This document shows, piece by piece, positions 17,795 to 26,840 of a DNA stretch of 64,000 nucleotides. The translations under genes and the position numbers were made by a program. The DNA is taken from contig JAENYX010000010.1 in the NCBI GenBank assembly GCA_016841565.1, positions 13,998-77,997 on the forward strand, written 5' to 3'. This DNA is from Clostridium thermobutyricum (GTDB lineage: Bacteria > Bacillota > Clostridia > Ch29). A model generated the notes under the pieces. It had not been told where the DNA came from, did no database searches, and worked only from the letters and a program-made list of their open reading frames with translations. Position 1 is the first letter of the stretch; the number at the start of each line of letters is the position of its first letter.

Positions 17795-20122
17795 TTACCA
17801 ACCGAGCGCTCTAAGCAGCTTCAAGATAGTCGCCAGGGCTTCGGCCCTGGTGATTGGCGCATTGGGCTGGAGAGTCCCGTCCGAATAACCCGTCAGCACT
17901 CCACTGGAAACCGCCTTTTTTGCCCAATCCGGTACGTCGGCAGAATCTGTGAATTGCGAAAGGTCGACCGGTTCGTAATCCGGTAAGCGATTGAGCATGT
18001 TGCTGACCATTGCTGCCGCTTCGATCCTGGTGATTATGGCATCGCCGGCAAAATCATCGGGTGTCCTTCCGGTTGTCAATCCGCTGGATAGTGCCCCGGC
18101 AATAAAGTCCCGGGCCCAGCCGGGAACGCCTTTCATGCCTGCCAGAACCGCATCGGATTGCTGTCCCTGGGGAAGCAATATGCCGTAGAGCTTCTGCTCA
18201 TCCTCAGGCATGCAGCCAAGGGTCCTCGCTAGGATTGCCGTAAACTCGGCTCTGGTGATGTTCTGGTCAGGGCCAGCCATGCGGTCGATGCTGTCAGGAT
18301 CATCGGGGTTTGGGTATCCTTCGATCAGGGCAAGGCCGTTCATTCTGTTGACGACATCCTCGGACCAGTGACCGGAAATGTCGCTGAAACGGGGTTGTTT
18401 GACTGCAAACATCGCCGTATAGCAGTTTGCGTAACCCCCGTCATTCTTTACCATGACCGAATCATCCGCTTGGGTATAGCTGGCGAGGGCAACCCATTTT
18501 TCAAATCTATCGTTCCAGTAATAAACCCGCTGTTGCAGCCCCTTTACTTTTGCTTGGGCAAGTTTATCCTTATCGGGCGCCGGCGCAACGAAGCTTGCAC
18601 CGGGATCGGCAATCATAGTCACCTGCTCCACAAGTGGGACATGACCGGGCCACCTAGCAACAAAAGCATGGCTGGATACATCTGCTACCGAAGGGGTTGG
18701 AGTGACCCTCGAATGACTGCTTCTGCGGCCATGGCTGCCATTGTTAGTGTTCTCCGCCCACCGGGCGTACAGCGTGACGTTGGCCGTTCCCATGGGGAAG
18801 GTCTCCCCAGCCTGGTAGGTTGACCCGCTTCCGTTCGCCGCCGTGTTCCATCCGGCGAAGGTGTAGCCTTCTTTTGTCAGGCTGCCGGTGTTGCCCAGAA
18901 CCGTTACTTCTGCTCCTTCTTCATGGCTGCTGTTGTCTACCGGAACATCTCCTTGGTCGTTACCGTTGCCGTCATAGGTCACGGTGTAGGTAGGGAGGTA
19001 ACGTTTTACCGTAACACGGTCTTCATGTTCCCCGTCAGCGTAAGCCACATAGGGTATGCCCGAATCCATAAAGAGGGATATGGTGGAATAATCTGTGACC
19101 CAACCTACGTTTTCGCCGCCCACCGGCTGCCACCCGTTTACCGGGTCATATACCGATGCCACTACGGATTCGCTGTCGTCCTGATAGGCCACGTAGGGTG
19201 TGTCCCCGTCCACAAAGAGAGATATGGAGGATTGCTGCACGCCCGCGCCGGGTATTCCACCCAGGGTCTGCCAATCTCCGGAACTGTCCTGATAGCGAAC
19301 CACGATATTGCCATTGTCCTGATATGCTACAAAGGGCGTACCTCCGGATATAAAAAGGGATACAGTAGAGTAGGCTCCAGTCGGAATGTTAATTGAGGCC
19401 TCATCTTGCCAGGTGCCGGAGTCATAGCTGCTCACAACAACTTCATCATCATCATTCTGATAGGCCACGTAATGGGTACCCTCTTCGTCCACAAAAAGAG
19501 AGATTGAGGATGGCGCCCAAGAAGTACTTGAATATACATTCCCCAAGGGCTGCCATCCAATTTCGGGATTATATACACTCGCGCTGACACTGGAATCAGG
19601 AGGGGCGCTCACAGGATACTCATAGGCCACGTATGGTTTGCCCTGGTCTGTGAAGAGGGAGATGGATGTGTAGGCAGTTCCACCATCCACAGGAGCCCCG
19701 CCATACAAATCCCAGTTTCCGGTGCCGTGGTTATACACCTTCTCTACGACAGAGCCGCCGTCATCCTGATAGGCTATATAAGGCATACCTTCATCCACGG
19801 AAAGAGAAACGGAACAACACGCTAAGTCATGTGAACTGTCGACCACACCACCCACCTGCCGCCAGCTTCCATTTCTGTACTCGCTGACTACAATGCTGCC
19901 GTCGGTGTCCTGATAGGCCGCGTAAGGGGTTCCCTGGTCCACGAAAAGCGAAACGGAGGTTACCTGCGGTCTGCTATCATCAGTAACTACCGGATTATCT
20001 GAAAAACCCGGACTGCCGACCGGTTGCCAGCCAGCAGATGCCGCAGCAGGCAGAACAGCCATCACCATCAGGACAACCAGGACCGTAAACAAGCAGCGTT
20101 TTTTCCTCGTTATTTTAAACAA
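17795..20122 (-). CDS. SLH-anchored protein with seven tandem repeats of about 50 aa (probable beta-propeller) and an InlB B-repeat
   Basis: Signal peptide ending ASA; seven W...S(I/V)SLF.D.G.PY.AYQD repeats; TVTYDGNG...[11 protein letters not shown]; SLH motifs ITRAEF, ITRIEAA and ITRAEAL. Start codon uncertain (see findings). Confidence 0.85.
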   Translation of the reverse strand: MFKITRKKRCLFTVLVVLMVMAVLPAAASAGWQPVGSPGFSDNPVVTDDSRPQVTSVSLFVDQGTPYAAYQDTDGSIVVSEYRNGSWRQVGGVVDSSHDLACCSVSLSVDEGMPYIAYQDDGGSVVEKVYNHGTGNWDLYGGAPVDGGTAYTSISLFTDQGKPYVAYEYPVSAPPDSSVSASVYNPEIGWQPLGNVYSSTSWAPSSISLFVDEEGTHYVAYQNDDDEVVVSSYDSGTWQDEASINIPTGAYSTVSLFISGGTPFVAYQDNGNIVVRYQDSSGDWQTLGGIPGAGVQQSSISLFVDGDTPYVAYQDDSESVVASVYDPVNGWQPVGGENVGWVTDYSTISLFMDSGIPYVAYADGEHEDRVTVKRYLPTYTVTYDGNGNDQGDVPVDNSSHEEGAEVTVLGNTGSLTKEGYTFAGWNTAANGSGSTYQAGETFPMGTANVTLYARWAENTNNGSHGRRSSHSRVTPTPSVADVSSHAFVARWPGHVPLVEQVTMIADPGASFVAPAPDKDKLAQAKVKGLQQRVYYWNDRFEKWVALASYTQADDSVMVKNDGGYANCYTAMFAVKQPRFSDISGHWSEDVVNRMNGLALIEGYPNPDDPDSIDRMAGPDQNITRAEFTAILARTLGCMPEDEQKLYGILLPQGQQSDAVLAGMKGVPGWARDFIAGALSSGLTTGRTPDDFAGDAIITRIEAAAMVSNMLNRLPDYEPVDLSQFTDSADVPDWAKKAVSSGVLTGYSDGTLQPNAPITRAEALATILKLLRALGW

Positions 20123-20212
20123 CTCCTTTCAAATCCGGCTATTTGATGCCAGGTCTTATTTAATTCTGACTCTTTTACCGGAAAACTAATTTGGCTAATT
20201 TCTATAGTATCC

Positions 20213-20281
20213 ATTCTATCTTATAAGCCAAATTGTTTTTACATACATGTCATAACTGGGCCGTTTTTTGTATAAATTGGG
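20213..20281 (-). promoter_or_regulatory. Paired LytTR (VirR-like) boxes plus -10 element, copy 3
   Basis: Minus strand CCCAATTTATAC (20270-20281) and CCCAGTTATGAC (20249-20260); TAGAAT at 20213-20218, same offset as copies 1 and 2. Confidence 0.78.
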
Positions 20282-20324
20282 ACACATCGCTATCGGAACG
20301 GTGTTATAAATTTGACTTAAGCTG

Positions 20325-20353
20325 TTGAAATACCGTTTTTTACCTGTTACTAT
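20325..20353 (+). promoter_or_regulatory. Sigma-A-type promoter of the sensor kinase
   Basis: TTGAAA-17 bp-TACTAT. Confidence 0.6.
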
Positions 20354-20392
20354 TAAGTGGTAATCAATAATTTTGCGGAAGGCGGTGAGATA

Positions 20393-22201
20393 ATGTTTCA
20401 AAGCAAAAAAATAAAACCGGCGGCTCTCATACCAGCGGCTTTGTTCCTGATTTCCGTTATTTTGTTTTTAATCCTTGCTGCGTATATCTCCGCCCACCCG
20501 TACATCAGCCGGGGAGTTACAGACATATCAGACAAGTGGCAGTATCATACTGACGCCGATCCTGTGCCGAAACCCATAGAACTGCCTGGCGGCACCAAAG
20601 GCATATACTTAAACGAAAACTGGTATCTGACCTATACACTCCCGGATATCGGGCAGAATGCCGCCATCTTGTTCCGCTCAGATTATTTGAGAGTTATCGC
20701 CTCGCTTGACGGGGAGGAAATCTATCGCTACGGCTATGGGGAATCCGTCTTCTCCACACCGGGGAAGAAGCTGATTATGATTCCGCTGCCCGATGAGTAC
20801 GCGGGCAAAGAAATGACGCTGACGCTGACCCCGACGATGAATCTGCGGGCTTACGGCATTTATATGGGCGATGAGGCGTCGCTTCTGTCCATGACCGTGC
20901 GCGATATGCTACCATCGTTTGTGCTCGGTACGGCGGTGCTGCTGCTGGGGCTTGCACTGCTTACCGTATACTTCATGCAGAGAAGTAAGAATCAAGCGGT
21001 CGCAGCAGACTTCTGGTTCGGGATTTTCGTTGTTTTGGTCGCCGTGTTTATACCCAGCAAGAGCTTTTTGCTTTTAATGCTGCTCGACCCTGTTTCGGCG
21101 TCCGTAATGCCGATGGTCGTGTCCTTTTTGCTGCCCTGCGCCGTTTTGTTGTTTGCCCGCGCTTCCTGTCCGAGGTTTAAGGTTCCGCTTTTGATTGCCT
21201 TAGCTATACATATCACCGGTTATCTGCCGACCTCGCTTATGCAGCTTTTAAGCCCCAATCCGCCTACCGAACTTCTGGCGGTTTTCGTTTTTCTCGTCCC
21301 GGCCTACTATACGCTGGTCGTTATTGCTTTTGCCTATGAAATACGCAGCGGTAAAAAGGATTATCGAAGACTGACATGGTCCGGTTTGCTGATTGTAGGG
21401 ATGTTTATTATCGACAGGGTCAACAGCCTTATGGGCAACCCGCTGCATTTGAAGGATGTGGAGCAGTTCACCAAGTTCGGGCTTGTCATTTTTATTGCTG
21501 TCGAAGTAATCGGGCGCGTCAGAGAATACTATAAAGCCTCAGCACAGCTTCTAGCGGACTATCAGGCGTCACAAGTCAAAAACAAGCTTGCCCTTGAACA
21601 CTTTGACGATGTTAAGCAATATATGCAGGAAGTCTATACCCTCAACCACGACATCCATCATCACTTCGGAGCCCTTGGGCACCTGCTGGAGCAGGGCGAC
21701 CTGTCCCGGGCCCGCGAATATTTAGCCCAGCTTATAGGAGATTATTCGCTGGACAGGCAAATAGTTTATTCAAAAAATCAACTTCTCAACTATATTATCG
21801 GGTATACAGTCAAACAGGCCAAAGCAAAGGATTTCCGCTTTAAACATGACATTAACCTGCCGGAAAGCGTATGCATAAGCGACAGCGACTTTTACAGCTT
21901 GTTCATCAATATCATCGATAACGCCGTTGAGGCCTGTGAGGCGGTGAAGGACGCCGATAACAGGAGCATTGAGCTTGCCTGCAATATGAAAAACGGCTTT
22001 ATGCACGTTTCATGCAAAAACAGCAAGGAAAACGACGTAATAACAGAGGACGGAAAATACCTCTCAACAAAGTCCTATGATACAAAGCACGGGTTGGGTA
22101 TAGGTATCATTGGAGGTATCGTGGAAAAATACAACGGCGTCATGGACGTTGAATATAACGCCGGCTGGTTTTCAATAAAGCTGGTGGTAAAAGCGGAATA
22201 A
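20393..22201 (+). CDS. Membrane sensor histidine kinase, GHKL family (AgrC/VirS-like core) with extracellular sensor domain and about 7 TM helices
   Basis: H-box HDIHHH, N-box NIIDNAVEAC, G-box HGLGIG; N-terminal TM helix, about 150-aa extracellular domain, then a multi-TM region. Start set at ATG 20393. Confidence 0.9.
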   Translation: MFQSKKIKPAALIPAALFLISVILFLILAAYISAHPYISRGVTDISDKWQYHTDADPVPKPIELPGGTKGIYLNENWYLTYTLPDIGQNAAILFRSDYLRVIASLDGEEIYRYGYGESVFSTPGKKLIMIPLPDEYAGKEMTLTLTPTMNLRAYGIYMGDEASLLSMTVRDMLPSFVLGTAVLLLGLALLTVYFMQRSKNQAVAADFWFGIFVVLVAVFIPSKSFLLLMLLDPVSASVMPMVVSFLLPCAVLLFARASCPRFKVPLLIALAIHITGYLPTSLMQLLSPNPPTELLAVFVFLVPAYYTLVVIAFAYEIRSGKKDYRRLTWSGLLIVGMFIIDRVNSLMGNPLHLKDVEQFTKFGLVIFIAVEVIGRVREYYKASAQLLADYQASQVKNKLALEHFDDVKQYMQEVYTLNHDIHHHFGALGHLLEQGDLSRAREYLAQLIGDYSLDRQIVYSKNQLLNYIIGYTVKQAKAKDFRFKHDINLPESVCISDSDFYSLFINIIDNAVEACEAVKDADNRSIELACNMKNGFMHVSCKNSKENDVITEDGKYLSTKSYDTKHGLGIGIIGGIVEKYNGVMDVEYNAGWFSIKLVVKAE

Positions 22202-22235
22202 GGCGAGCGTGCCGTAAACCACACATCTCGCCTTA
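22199..22235. terminator. Inverted repeat between the convergent kinase and regulator genes, containing both stop codons
   Basis: TAAGGCGAG...CTCGCCTTA. Confidence 0.55.
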
Positions 22236-22955
22236 AAATCTGTCCTTGCCGAGGAAGTTAATAAACGCCCTTTTGGCGTCGGGGTAACAGGCCTTGCTGA
22301 TGGGGATGGTTTGTCCCGTCGCGATGGTAAATTTCGTCCTCGTAATCTGGGACACATGGTTTAAGTTGACTAGAAAGCTCTTATGGCAGGATATAAAGCT
22401 GCTTGAGGGTAGCTGGTTTGCAAACTGGCTCAGCGAGCCGTATGTTTCGTAATTTTTGCTTTTTGCTGTAATTATGACTTTTCTGCCCTTCGATTCCAGA
22501 TACACGATATCTTTAAACGGAATGCGACTGACCGAGCCGCTTACTCTTATGTCGAGATAGTTTTTCTCGAATCTTCTTTCGAGGTCGTACATCAGGACAC
22601 CTGCGAGCTTTTCCTTATCAACGGGCTTTAGTATATAATGGAGTGCATGCACGTCGTAGCCCTCGAAAACAAAGTTTGGGGAGCTTGTGATAAAAACGAT
22701 ACTGACGTCCTTATCTTTTTCACGTATCCGATGTGCTGCCTCTACGCCGCTCAGTTCATCCATTATAATATCGAGGAAAAGAATATCGAATTTTTTGCCT
22801 TGTCTCACAATGGCGTCCGCTATGTCCTCTCCGGACGAAAATCGGGTAACGTCATGACCGGCCTCCTGCTCCTCAAGTGCATGGTCGATAAGAGCACACA
22901 AATTATTCAGCTGTTTAATATCATCGTCGCACACTGCAACCTTGTATCGGCTCAT
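22233..22955 (-). CDS. LytTR family response regulator (AgrA/VirR-like)
   Basis: Receiver domain (VCDD, FLDIIM, YILKP) and LytTR domain (IVYLES.GR, CHKSFLVN, IPISK). Confidence 0.93.
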   Translation of the reverse strand: MSRYKVAVCDDDIKQLNNLCALIDHALEEQEAGHDVTRFSSGEDIADAIVRQGKKFDILFLDIIMDELSGVEAAHRIREKDKDVSIVFITSSPNFVFEGYDVHALHYILKPVDKEKLAGVLMYDLERRFEKNYLDIRVSGSVSRIPFKDIVYLESKGRKVIITAKSKNYETYGSLSQFANQLPSSSFISCHKSFLVNLNHVSQITRTKFTIATGQTIPISKACYPDAKRAFINFLGKDRF

Positions 22956-23259
22956 GTACACCTCCGGGAGTCAGGACCACAGGAATAACCGCCGCCAACC
23001 CCATTTTTTTACTGATTATACCAAAGAATACGGTTTTCATCAATAAACGGCCATGTCTTCATCCGTTATTCCATCAGAAACATCGCCGGACAACGGCATT
23101 ACCCGAATGGGGATGATAATGTATCCAAACGGTGGTCAGAATAGCGCTATAAAAGCTATCTGCGGACTATGAGACCAAGCAGGGAATTTTAAAGGTGGAA
23201 ATTATCTGCAATGGCATGGGCATACTGAACATCTCTGAGCTAACAGATGAAATGCTACG

Positions 23260-23299
23260 AAAAACAGACAGACAGCGTAGCCATTTGGCTGCACCGTCT
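23260..23299 (-). terminator. Probable terminator of the ATP-grasp/Mur ligase operon
   Basis: Minus strand AGACGGTGCAGCC-AAAT-GGCTACGCTGTCT then GTCTGTTTTT. Confidence 0.55.
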
Positions 23300-23390
23300 T
23301 CTGAAAATTAAAACTTTCTTATGGCATGCCCCCATTTGAGGAGGCTCTTCCATATTCTTTGAATTATGAACATATTATCCCTGACCTTTT

Positions 23391-24935
23391 TTACGAAACC
23401 CCTGCAACCCTGTTCCTAAGGGCATAAAAGAGCTTGTCTTCCGGAAACTCCGGCCTGATCTTATGTAGTTGCTTCAGGGCAATTTCCGCTCCATAATCCA
23501 TTCCCTGACATCCTGCCAGCAGTATCAAGTCACCCGATTGCACCCTTGATAAGGCATGGGCGATGGCATCGGGCAGTTCGTCAAATAAAATGACCTTTAT
23601 ACCCTCCCGTTTCATTACCTCCAAAAAAACCTCCAGTTCTTCGGGAGTGACACGGTCCTTGTCGGTGACATGGGAAACGCTCTTAGTGGCAATAATATCC
23701 TTAAAGCCCAGCTTGGAAGACCATTCGGCAATAGCCTCGGAGTTTTCCCTGTTGACTGTGGGGCCACGCTCTCCCCTTATGGCATAAACAATGTGCAGCC
23801 TTTCGTAATCCATATATTTCATGGTTCCCAGGGTTACATTAATATTGCCGCTGTTGGCAAAATGGTCGTCTATAATTTTTATATCATCTTCAAATATAAG
23901 CATAAAACGCCTTTCCACACCTTCGAAAAACTTCAGGGACTTTTGTATTACCGGAATGGGTACACCACATAATAGTCCAATGGTAATGGCTACCGTTGAA
24001 TTATATACCGAGTGCAAGCCTGCCACCGACAATTCAATGGGGAATTCACATGGCTGCCACTCAACGTCTTTGGTTTTTATGGGCTTAATGATTTCAAAGG
24101 TGAACTTGGCACGACCGGTGGTTAAGTCCAAACCCTTTATGCAAATATGTCCCTCTTTACTTTCGGCTCCAAAGGTTATGGTCTGCGCTTTGGTTTCTTT
24201 TACCAATGCTGCGGCGTGAGGGCAATCCAGATTTAGTACCGCTATACAATCCTGACCGGCATTCCTTATCAATGCCGACTTGGCCTGGGCATATTCTTTA
24301 AAAGAACCGTGCAAATCAATATGCTCCCGGCTTATATTGTTTAAGGTAACGATATCATAATCCACATTGTCCACCCTATGCATATCCAAAGCAACCGAGG
24401 ATACCTCCATGGTCACATGGCTAACATTGCAATCGGCCATCTGCCTTAAATGGTGCTGCAGGTCGAGGGATTCAGGAGTGGTGAGCTCGGAGGGTATCAA
24501 TGTATCCTCATATTTAACGGCTACCGTACCAATAAGACCTGTCTTAAAGCCGTTGTTCTCTAAAATGGCATTGGTCATGAATGAGGTGGTTGTTTTACCG
24601 TTGGTGGCAGTAATGCCGATCATTTTCAACTCCTTAGAAGGGTTTCGATAGTACTCGGCACCTAATAGCGCTAACGCCCTTCGACTATCCTTCACAAGGT
24701 ACTGGGGAATAGAGACGCTTTCCTGAAATTCCTCAACAATGGCTGCCACTGCTCCATTTTCCGCCGCTTCATGCAGATATTTGTGCCCATCTGTCTTAAA
24801 TCCACGGACACATACGAAGAGATGACCCTCGGACACGTTTTTCGAGTGATAGGATATCCCTGAGACGATAACGTCTTTATCATCTGTAACTCCAAGGATT
24901 TCTATAGATTTCAGCAGCTCCTTCAGGTTAATCAT
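23391..24935 (-). CDS. Mur ligase family protein (MurE-like) with a divergent C-terminal substrate domain
   Basis: P-loop ITATNGKTTT, TTPES, MEVSS, NISREHIDLH and Y..AK..L motifs; lacks the YAH and DNPR motifs. Confidence 0.85.
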   Translation of the reverse strand: MINLKELLKSIEILGVTDDKDVIVSGISYHSKNVSEGHLFVCVRGFKTDGHKYLHEAAENGAVAAIVEEFQESVSIPQYLVKDSRRALALLGAEYYRNPSKELKMIGITATNGKTTTSFMTNAILENNGFKTGLIGTVAVKYEDTLIPSELTTPESLDLQHHLRQMADCNVSHVTMEVSSVALDMHRVDNVDYDIVTLNNISREHIDLHGSFKEYAQAKSALIRNAGQDCIAVLNLDCPHAAALVKETKAQTITFGAESKEGHICIKGLDLTTGRAKFTFEIIKPIKTKDVEWQPCEFPIELSVAGLHSVYNSTVAITIGLLCGVPIPVIQKSLKFFEGVERRFMLIFEDDIKIIDDHFANSGNINVTLGTMKYMDYERLHIVYAIRGERGPTVNRENSEAIAEWSSKLGFKDIIATKSVSHVTDKDRVTPEELEVFLEVMKREGIKVILFDELPDAIAHALSRVQSGDLILLAGCQGMDYGAEIALKQLHKIRPEFPEDKLFYALRNRVAGVS

Positions 24936-24966
24936 TAGTAATTCCCTCCCGGTTTCCTCCTGCTTT

Positions 24967-26160
24967 TTAGTGAACTTTTCTTCTTAACAGCCTGTTATAC
25001 GCCTTTGTACCCAGCGTCCTGCAAAACGCCCAAGCCGGTCTTGTATCATTCCAGTCCCAAATGGCATAGGCCTTTGGTTTGAATAAAGAAACAAGTATTT
25101 CTCTTAGTGTAAGCTGACGGGTCTTTAAATAACCTCTAATGGCCAACAAATCTTCATAGGCACACCAGAATACCCGGTTGGTATCTGTGGTTATGGCCTT
25201 GGGCTCCAACGGTGCTCCCGTCAACTCCCGGTAAGTAATATACGGAATATTCAGGCCAATCTTATACAGTAAGCTGTTGAAGTTGGTAATTCTTACATTG
25301 ACTTCTATTAGATAAAACTCCCCTGTCTGTGCATCCTTTTTGAACTCAATCTCGGCAAAGCCTTTGTACTTAATGGATTCAAAGAATTTTGCCCCTATTT
25401 CGTATAACTCAGGTACGTATTTTTGCCCGGCATAAACAGAAGCTCCATAGTTAATGGGGTACTGCCTGTACTTCTGACAGGTAGCCCAATGAGTTACCTT
25501 TGAATCCTGGTCTAAATATGCATCAAAGGTATACATATGGTCGTCAAAACCCGGAACAATCCGCTGCACAACAACCTCGAAGCCTGCATTATTCGCATCG
25601 GCCAGAGCTTTCTTCAGTTCTTCCTTATTGTTTGCTATGAACAGTTTTTTTCTGAAGTATGCCACAAATGATGCCGAGTCTGTTGGTTTTACCAGGCAAG
25701 GAAATCTTATCATGCTTTCTACTTTTTCCAGGAAATTCTCTTCATCAATTCTAACAGTCTCGGGCACTCTTATACCTTTTTCCATTGCCAGCCTGTGTAG
25801 TACTTCTTTATTCATAAGCTTTGTATAAAGGCCTGGCTCTGTCTGGGGAATAAGGTAGAATTCCTTTAATTCCTCCAGGTGTGCATCTACAATTTCCACG
25901 TATGAATCGTGACACGGGATAAGAACCGGAGGAGAAGTTTGCTTTTTGGCATAATCCTTCAAAAAAGCAATGAATTCTTCAGGGCTTTCTTTATAGTGAG
26001 GGGAAATCAGTTTTTCGCTGCAATATTTTGACTGAGCACCATATCGATAACGGTCGGAATAATCCACCGCCACCGTATAAATCCCGTTGACTCCAAGACA
26101 ACGTATTGTGCTTAACCCGATATAATAATTACTTCCCAGGATTACCGCTTTATTGTCCAA
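24967..26160 (-). CDS. ATP-grasp carboxylate-amine ligase (D-aspartate ligase-like)
   Basis: LVKP, VVQRIVPG, GFAEIEFKKD....YLIEVNVR motifs; TTG start. Confidence 0.85.
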   Translation of the reverse strand: MDNKAVILGSNYYIGLSTIRCLGVNGIYTVAVDYSDRYRYGAQSKYCSEKLISPHYKESPEEFIAFLKDYAKKQTSPPVLIPCHDSYVEIVDAHLEELKEFYLIPQTEPGLYTKLMNKEVLHRLAMEKGIRVPETVRIDEENFLEKVESMIRFPCLVKPTDSASFVAYFRKKLFIANNKEELKKALADANNAGFEVVVQRIVPGFDDHMYTFDAYLDQDSKVTHWATCQKYRQYPINYGASVYAGQKYVPELYEIGAKFFESIKYKGFAEIEFKKDAQTGEFYLIEVNVRITNFNSLLYKIGLNIPYITYRELTGAPLEPKAITTDTNRVFWCAYEDLLAIRGYLKTRQLTLREILVSLFKPKAYAIWDWNDTRPAWAFCRTLGTKAYNRLLRRKVH

Positions 26161-26187
26161 CTGTTGTTACCTCCCCCGCTTGTCCCA

Positions 26188-26385
26188 TTACAGCCTGACC
26201 TCATACCAGCTCTTGGTGTCGGTATTTCCCTCTGCCATATTTTTTTTGAAGGTGGCTTTGGGCCATTTCTTTTTTATATAATCCAACTCTTCATCGGACA
26301 GCCTTAATTCTCTGGCACGCACTCCGTCCTTTTCAAAAGAATCCCATAAAAAGTCTTCCAGTTTCCTAACGGCATTTTCCTCCAA
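26188..26385 (-). CDS. Small hypothetical protein heading the ligase operon
   Basis: 65-aa ORF from TTG 26385 with a G-rich SD, 27 bp upstream of the ATP-grasp start. Confidence 0.65.
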   Translation of the reverse strand: MEENAVRKLEDFLWDSFEKDGVRARELRLSDEELDYIKKKWPKATFKKNMAEGNTDTKSWYEVRL

Positions 26386-26592
26386 TACAATCCCCCCTGC
26401 CAACTATTCTTATATCTGTTTTTAGAATTCTATCCTTATTTTTCCTTAGTCAAACAAGTTTTTAAAACATATCGTCCTTGTGGGTATTTTATCACCTTGC
26501 CTGTAATCTTTCAATAGATTTTGACGCTCAGCGCCACAAGCCGCTGCATTGATTTCAGCGCATATTGACATCAAAAAGAGCCCCCCTGCCAG

Positions 26593-26722
26593 GAGACTGC
26601 TGAAAAACTACGCTTTTTTGCTTGTCATTCTGAAACGCAGTTGAAGAATCTAATGCTTTCAATAACTTAAAGATCCTTCGCTGTCGCTCAGGATGACAAA
26701 AAGGGACTTTTTCAGTGGCCTC
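26593..26722. mobile_element. 130-bp non-autonomous MITE-like element with 8-bp target-site duplication
   Basis: Terminal IRs GAGACTGCTGAAAAA / GAGGCCACTGAAAAA (12/15 match); flanking CCTGCCAG at 26585-26592 and 26723-26730; internal palindrome GTCATTCTGA...TCAGGATGAC. Confidence 0.75.
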
Positions 26723-26840
26723 CCTGCCAGAGAGGCTCTCATTACACTTAACCCTGCACATCAACTCTTGGCGCCTTATTACCGGCCGGTTTGCCCGTCA
26801 GTTAATGTTCCTGATTAACGCTCACCACCGGAACGGTTTC

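Noticed and set aside
8900-23300. Accessory block as a prophage, ICE or integrative island
   Set aside because: No integrase, transposase, att-like flanking repeats or tRNA at the borders.
22961-23390. Search for an AgrD-like peptide or a fourth LytTR box pair upstream of the regulator
   Set aside because: Only short ORFs without SD or the AgrD cysteine pattern; the best box-like match (about 23055-23065) is poor and unpaired.
26555-26764. 69-aa ORF across the MITE
   Set aside because: No transposase motifs; the frame simply crosses the palindromic element.
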